A DNA stretch of 32,000 nucleotides from Pseudoalteromonas tetraodonis (GTDB lineage: Bacteria; Pseudomonadota; Gammaproteobacteria; Enterobacterales; Alteromonadaceae). The position numbers were made by a program, and so were the translations under genes. Positions 28,916 through 32,000 of this stretch are shown piece after piece; position 1 is the stretch's first letter; every line of letters begins with the position of its first letter. The DNA lies in contig NZ_CP011042.1 of assembly GCF_002310835.1 (NCBI RefSeq), positions 697,258-729,257 on the forward strand, in the 5' to 3' direction. The notes below the pieces were generated by a model that was not told where the DNA came from, did not search any database, and saw only the letters and a program-made list of their open reading frames with translations.

Positions 28916-28935
28916 GAACACATCATACTTAATTA
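28916..28935 (-). other. Ter-like site 1 (candidate Tus-binding replication terminator)
   Basis: The plus strand reads GAACACATCATACTTAATTA, so the minus strand is TAATTAAGTATGATGTGTTC. It contains TAAGTATG, as in E. coli TerB AATAAGTATGTTGTAACTAAAGT. Identical 20-mer to site 2. Confidence 0.55.
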
Positions 28936-29103
28936 GCACTTATGTAATCTTAACTTTACGGGTGGTTTTAAAAAAGAATGCTACTCAATTATGCGTTTTT
29001 AAATATTTATGCTAACGCTTCATACAAAGCTCAGTGCCTTAACTCAGCCCTTCTATTATTTCCTTTAAAGTATATGAAGCAAAAGTACTTAAAAAACCAT
29101 AAA

Positions 29104-29123
29104 GAACACATCATACTTAATTA
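29104..29123 (-). other. Ter-like site 2
   Basis: Exact copy of the 20-mer at 28916-28935. Flanking sequence is also partly similar (..tgtaa(a)tctta..). Confidence 0.55.
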
Positions 29124-29200
29124 AAATTACTGTAAATCTTAGCTAAAGCATGTTATTTAAAGAAATAAATATCAAAAGAAAGGGTTGTTTGCGAGAATAG

Positions 29201-29220
29201 TATATAAGTAAGATGTGTTC
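29201..29220 (+). other. Ter-like site 3, inverted relative to sites 1 and 2, 15 nt upstream of the tus ATG
   Basis: TATATAAGTAAGATGTGTTC matches the minus-strand reading of sites 1/2 at 17/20. Its position resembles that of E. coli TerB in the tus promoter. Confidence 0.6.
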
Positions 29221-29234
29221 TAGGTAGGTAGCTA

Positions 29235-30110
29235 ATGGTTACAAAGGTACAAATAAGAAGTCAGTTTGATTTACTCAATGAATTAACACTTAGCTTAATT
29301 GATGAGCTTAAAGGGGTTGGCTTTGCTAAAGCAGAGTATTTTCAATTACCTGAGATTAGTAGTACTGAAGAAAATATAATTCCTGAGTCTATAAGCGTTT
29401 CAAAAATAACAGGGGAATTGGCACATAAGGCAATTTTAAATGCTTTCTCAGATATGTATAAAAAGCCAGGGCTAAGCAGCCGAGTATTAAAGCGACACCC
29501 TGGTTTGCTAGTAATAAAAGAGGCGAATAAACAAGCCATTATTGATCGCATAGCACAGGTAAATAGTGCAAAAGCAGCTTTTAAAAATTGTATTTTAGCA
29601 ATAGATAATAACGACGCGCGATTTGAAGCGGTGCATAATGCAATGCCAAATTTAATAACGCTTGCGGCGTATCGTAAAATTCATAGTGAAATTGAATCCC
29701 CTTTTTCTGTTCGCTTTACTTGGATGCATAAACACGCAACCAAAACACTTACAAAAAAAATGGCGCTTGAAATGTTAGAAAAATCGGCAGGCTATAAAAA
29801 CCCGCGAATGATTGATCAGCAAAAATGGCAGTCACTGGTTGCACAAGAACAGGTTCGAGTAGCCAGTTTGGGTGAAAAAGAAAAATTGCGAATTAGGCGC
29901 CCTACTCGAGTTAGTCCTCAAGTTAATGTGAGGTACACTGCACAAAATCGCTATCATGTTAGTGCTGCTTTACCTTTTATACTAATTAACCCACAGCCCG
30001 ACGTAAAATTTGGCGAACTACCGAGTTACCAAAAACCCTTATCGCATCCCCGAAAACGCGAATATGATTTTCTAGTGGACCGATTATATTTAGAACAAGT
30101 AACTAAATAA
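29235..30110 (+). CDS. tus: DNA replication terminus site-binding protein Tus
   Basis: [30 protein letters not shown] resembles E. coli Tus [47 protein letters not shown] resembles LKIKRPVKVQPIARVWY. 291 aa versus 309 aa. Confidence 0.88.
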   Translation: [291 protein letters not shown]

Positions 30111-30117
30111 ATTATGT

Positions 30118-30146
30118 TAAAAAGGCCACATAATGTGGCCTTTAAT
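30118..30146. terminator. Bidirectional terminator between tus and the initiator gene
   Basis: aaaggccaca-taa-tgtggccttt: a perfect 10-bp stem (30121-30130 / 30134-30143). Confidence 0.8.
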
Positions 30147-30172
30147 ATATTTGTTGGTAAAAATAAATAGAA

Positions 30173-31387
30173 TTACTTTTCTACAATTTCTTCCAGCTTA
30201 TCTTCATCAATCAATACCGCATTTTCAACAATGCGTTTACCGCCTTGTATTTCAATACGCTTATTGTGTTTATTTAATGCCAATATCTCATCACAAAATT
30301 GATCAGACGGATGCATTTCATAAGTGTAATCGACTATGTTGCCGGTTTTATCATCTTTAACATTGGTAATGCTGTATTCAGATATTGCTCCTTTTTCAAT
30401 TAAATCTTTCATCGTGGTTGTCATATCACGACGCAGTGCTTTTAATTTATTTTCGGTAATATCATCCGTTGAGTAAATAGAGCCATATTTTTCCATAATA
30501 GAAAGTAATCTAAAATGGTAGGTTTTTCCTGGTGCTGCATAACGCCATAAATGATATAAACGTAGCATCATCCAACGCGATAATCCGCGTTTTAATTCTT
30601 GTGCACTGTTAAAGTAATAACCTTTGTATTCAAGGTTATCAATCATGTTGTGTACAAATGCATTTAAACACGCAACACATTTTACATTTCCGCCTTGGCC
30701 TTTCTTACCACTAAAGTGCAAAGACGATAAAAAGTTCATATTAGACTCGTAAAACGAATCATCAATATCAGAATTTTTAGTATCCGTTGCAGAATATTTA
30801 AAAGAAAGTTTAGAACCTTGCAATGCTTCAAGCGACTCTTTAATTTGCGGATATGGCATAGATTGGCCAACCGCTTTAAGCTCTTGTGCTAATTCGTTCA
30901 TAGAAAACACAACGGCATATTGAATACCGGACTTAAAATTAATTTTTACAATTTTACCTTTTGAAGCTAGGCGAATTAATGCGCGCTCTACTTTTTCTTC
31001 TCTATCTGATGGCCACACTAAATATTCTACATCTTCGCCATCTTTACGAGTACTGACCACAGCCGGTGTTATTTTTATTTCGCCATCATATAAAATACCA
31101 TCTACTTTTTCAGATATCTTACGCGTAATGATGGTTTTTTTAGGGGCTTCTTCAAGTGGCAGTTTTTTGTGGCCTGAGCGAACAAAACGTCCCCACAGAT
31201 CATAATGGTTAAATGTGTTAGAGTAAGCGCGTAACCCATGGGCTGCATTTTCTATCGAAATTCGCACATCTTTATTATCTGTAAATAGTGCTAGGCTTTC
31301 GTTATCGATCGCACTTTCCACCCCGTGAATTTGGCCCCTAAGTGTATCGGGCAAGTTATCTACCGAGATGTTGACCTTTCGGCTCAT
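30173..31387 (-). CDS. Putative plasmid-type replication initiator (RepA-like) of this replicon
   Basis: Called mainly from context. The gene reads away from an iteron-, DnaA-box- and GATC-rich region that starts about 70 bp upstream, and it is adjacent to tus. About 404 aa. The track start at 31441 is a TTG; the first ATG is 31387 (MSRKVNISV...). I recognise no catalytic motif. Confidence 0.6.
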   Translation of the reverse strand: MSRKVNISVDNLPDTLRGQIHGVESAIDNESLALFTDNKDVRISIENAAHGLRAYSNTFNHYDLWGRFVRSGHKKLPLEEAPKKTIITRKISEKVDGILYDGEIKITPAVVSTRKDGEDVEYLVWPSDREEKVERALIRLASKGKIVKINFKSGIQYAVVFSMNELAQELKAVGQSMPYPQIKESLEALQGSKLSFKYSATDTKNSDIDDSFYESNMNFLSSLHFSGKKGQGGNVKCVACLNAFVHNMIDNLEYKGYYFNSAQELKRGLSRWMMLRLYHLWRYAAPGKTYHFRLLSIMEKYGSIYSTDDITENKLKALRRDMTTTMKDLIEKGAISEYSITNVKDDKTGNIVDYTYEMHPSDQFCDEILALNKHNKRIEIQGGKRIVENAVLIDEDKLEEIVEK

Positions 31388-31457
31388 GGTTTTTATTTCC
31401 GTTTTTATTGTGACAGCTAATAACAACACATAAAGCCACAAAAGTTAAATGTTTAAG

Positions 31458-31584
31458 TTAGTATAAAAGTGATCTGACTTCAAATAAAATGCTCAGATCA
31501 GTATTTTACTAAGGAAAACTTAAAACAAGCGTTTTCAGATCACATTTTTACTAACTGAGTGTTGATAAGCCAAATTTTTACTAA
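31458..31584. repeat. Iteron cluster A (19-mers, consensus CAGATCAnnnTTTTACTAA)
   Basis: Inverted copy ttagtataaaagtgatctg at 31458-31476. Forward copies cagatcagtattttactaa at 31494-31512 and cagatcacatttttactaa at 31536-31554. Degenerate forward copy without GATC at about 31566-31584. TACTAA cores are spaced 42 and 30 bp apart. Confidence 0.7.
31560..31568 (-). promoter_or_regulatory. Near-consensus DnaA box (one mismatch)
   Basis: TGTTGATAA versus TGTGnATAA (reverse complement of TTATnCACA). Followed by GC, like the perfect box at 31663. Confidence 0.45.
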
Positions 31585-31662
31585 CTAAATAATAATTTTG
31601 TCCATTACAAAGTGTTTTTTTTTATATTTTACACGACAAATTATATAAAAATCTTAACCCCC

Positions 31663-31671
31663 TGTGGATAA
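31663..31671 (-). promoter_or_regulatory. Perfect DnaA box
   Basis: TGTGGATAA is the reverse complement of the consensus TTATCCACA. It borders an AT-rich stretch (31585-31660). Confidence 0.7.
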
Positions 31672-31688
31672 GCTTAGTTCGAGTTAGC

Positions 31689-31725
31689 ATAGATCTGATC
31701 TGTACTTACTACAGATCAGATCTAT
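31689..31725. repeat. Perfect 16-bp-arm palindrome carrying four GATC sites
   Basis: atagatctgatctgta (31689-31704), cttac, tacagatcagatctat (31710-31725). Confidence 0.95.
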
Positions 31726-31779
31726 ACTAATTAAACCATGCATTATCACTATTGCTTAGTGCATAACTTTATAATTTAC

Positions 31780-31881
31780 TTAGTAAAAATATGATCTACA
31801 GGTAGGTATTTGTGAGTAACTCAGTGCTTAACCTGTGCGTAACTTAGATTGTAAATATTCGCTTAGTAAAAAGCTGATCTG
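31780..31881. repeat. Iteron cluster B (two inverted-orientation copies)
   Basis: ttagtaaaaatatgatcta at 31780-31798 and ttagtaaaaagctgatctg at 31863-31881. Both are reverse complements of the CAGATCAnnnTTTTACTAA consensus. Confidence 0.7.
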
Positions 31882-32000
31882 CAAGTAGATAAGGATCTGA
31901 TCTTAACCACGTACAATGCTGATCCACTATTTTTAATATTATTTATATAAATCATTACGTTATATATGTATTTTACACCCTTAGCCTTAAATACCTTATA

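Larger units (their letters stand above)
31442..32000. other. Replication origin region (truncated by the window end)
   Basis: Six iteron-like 19-mers, one perfect and one near-perfect DnaA box, two AT-rich tracts (31585-31660 and 31925-31975), and 12 GATC sites between 31471 and 31924. Confidence 0.7.

Noticed and set aside
30095-30122. Second dif-like half-site: TTATGTTAAAA (10/11 to the XerD arm) at 30112-30122 between tus and the initiator gene
   Set aside because: The positions where the XerC arm and central region should be (ACAAGTAACTA|AATAAA) show no CATAA or other XerC-arm similarity. The match overlaps the tus stop codon and the terminator A run, so it is probably chance in AT-rich DNA.
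30133-30360. Plus-strand 75-aa ORF overlapping the 3' end of the initiator gene
   Set aside because: It starts inside the bidirectional terminator hairpin, is antisense to the 404-aa ORF, and has no RBS.

Overview
Low-GC gammaproteobacterial DNA. Gene content suggests an Alteromonadales (Pseudoalteromonas-like) secondary chromosome or chromid, although I cannot verify the taxon. Most of the window is ordinary housekeeping or accessory genes. These are a 2103-aa secreted M4 metalloprotease with a GlyGly-CTERM tail, umuDC with a LexA box, a divergent MarR / siderophore-interacting-protein pair, a luciferase-like oxidoreductase, two patatin-like lipases flanking an alanine/glycine:cation symporter, a SYLF lipoprotein, a tyrosine recombinase overlapping a CPA1 antiporter gene, ydiJ, ppsA-ppsR, and a class II DAHP synthase. 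Two regions stand out. (1) At 15.5-17.2 kb, a dif-like site whose XerD arm matches the canonical one exactly, together with a directly repeated degenerate copy, brackets a 1,588-bp AT-rich cassette. The cassette holds one orphan gene and a 10-copy heptad array, which looks like a minimal Xer-exploiting integrative element sitting in the replicon's dimer-resolution site. (2) At 28.9-32.0 kb lies a replication-control module: tus, three Ter-like sites in a fork-trap arrangement, a plasmid-type initiator gene, and the start of an origin with GATC-containing iterons, DnaA boxes and strong GATC enrichment. Termination and dimer resolution therefore appear to sit beside the origin, as expected for unidirectional replication. 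All family calls come from remembered motifs and alignments; no database search was possible.
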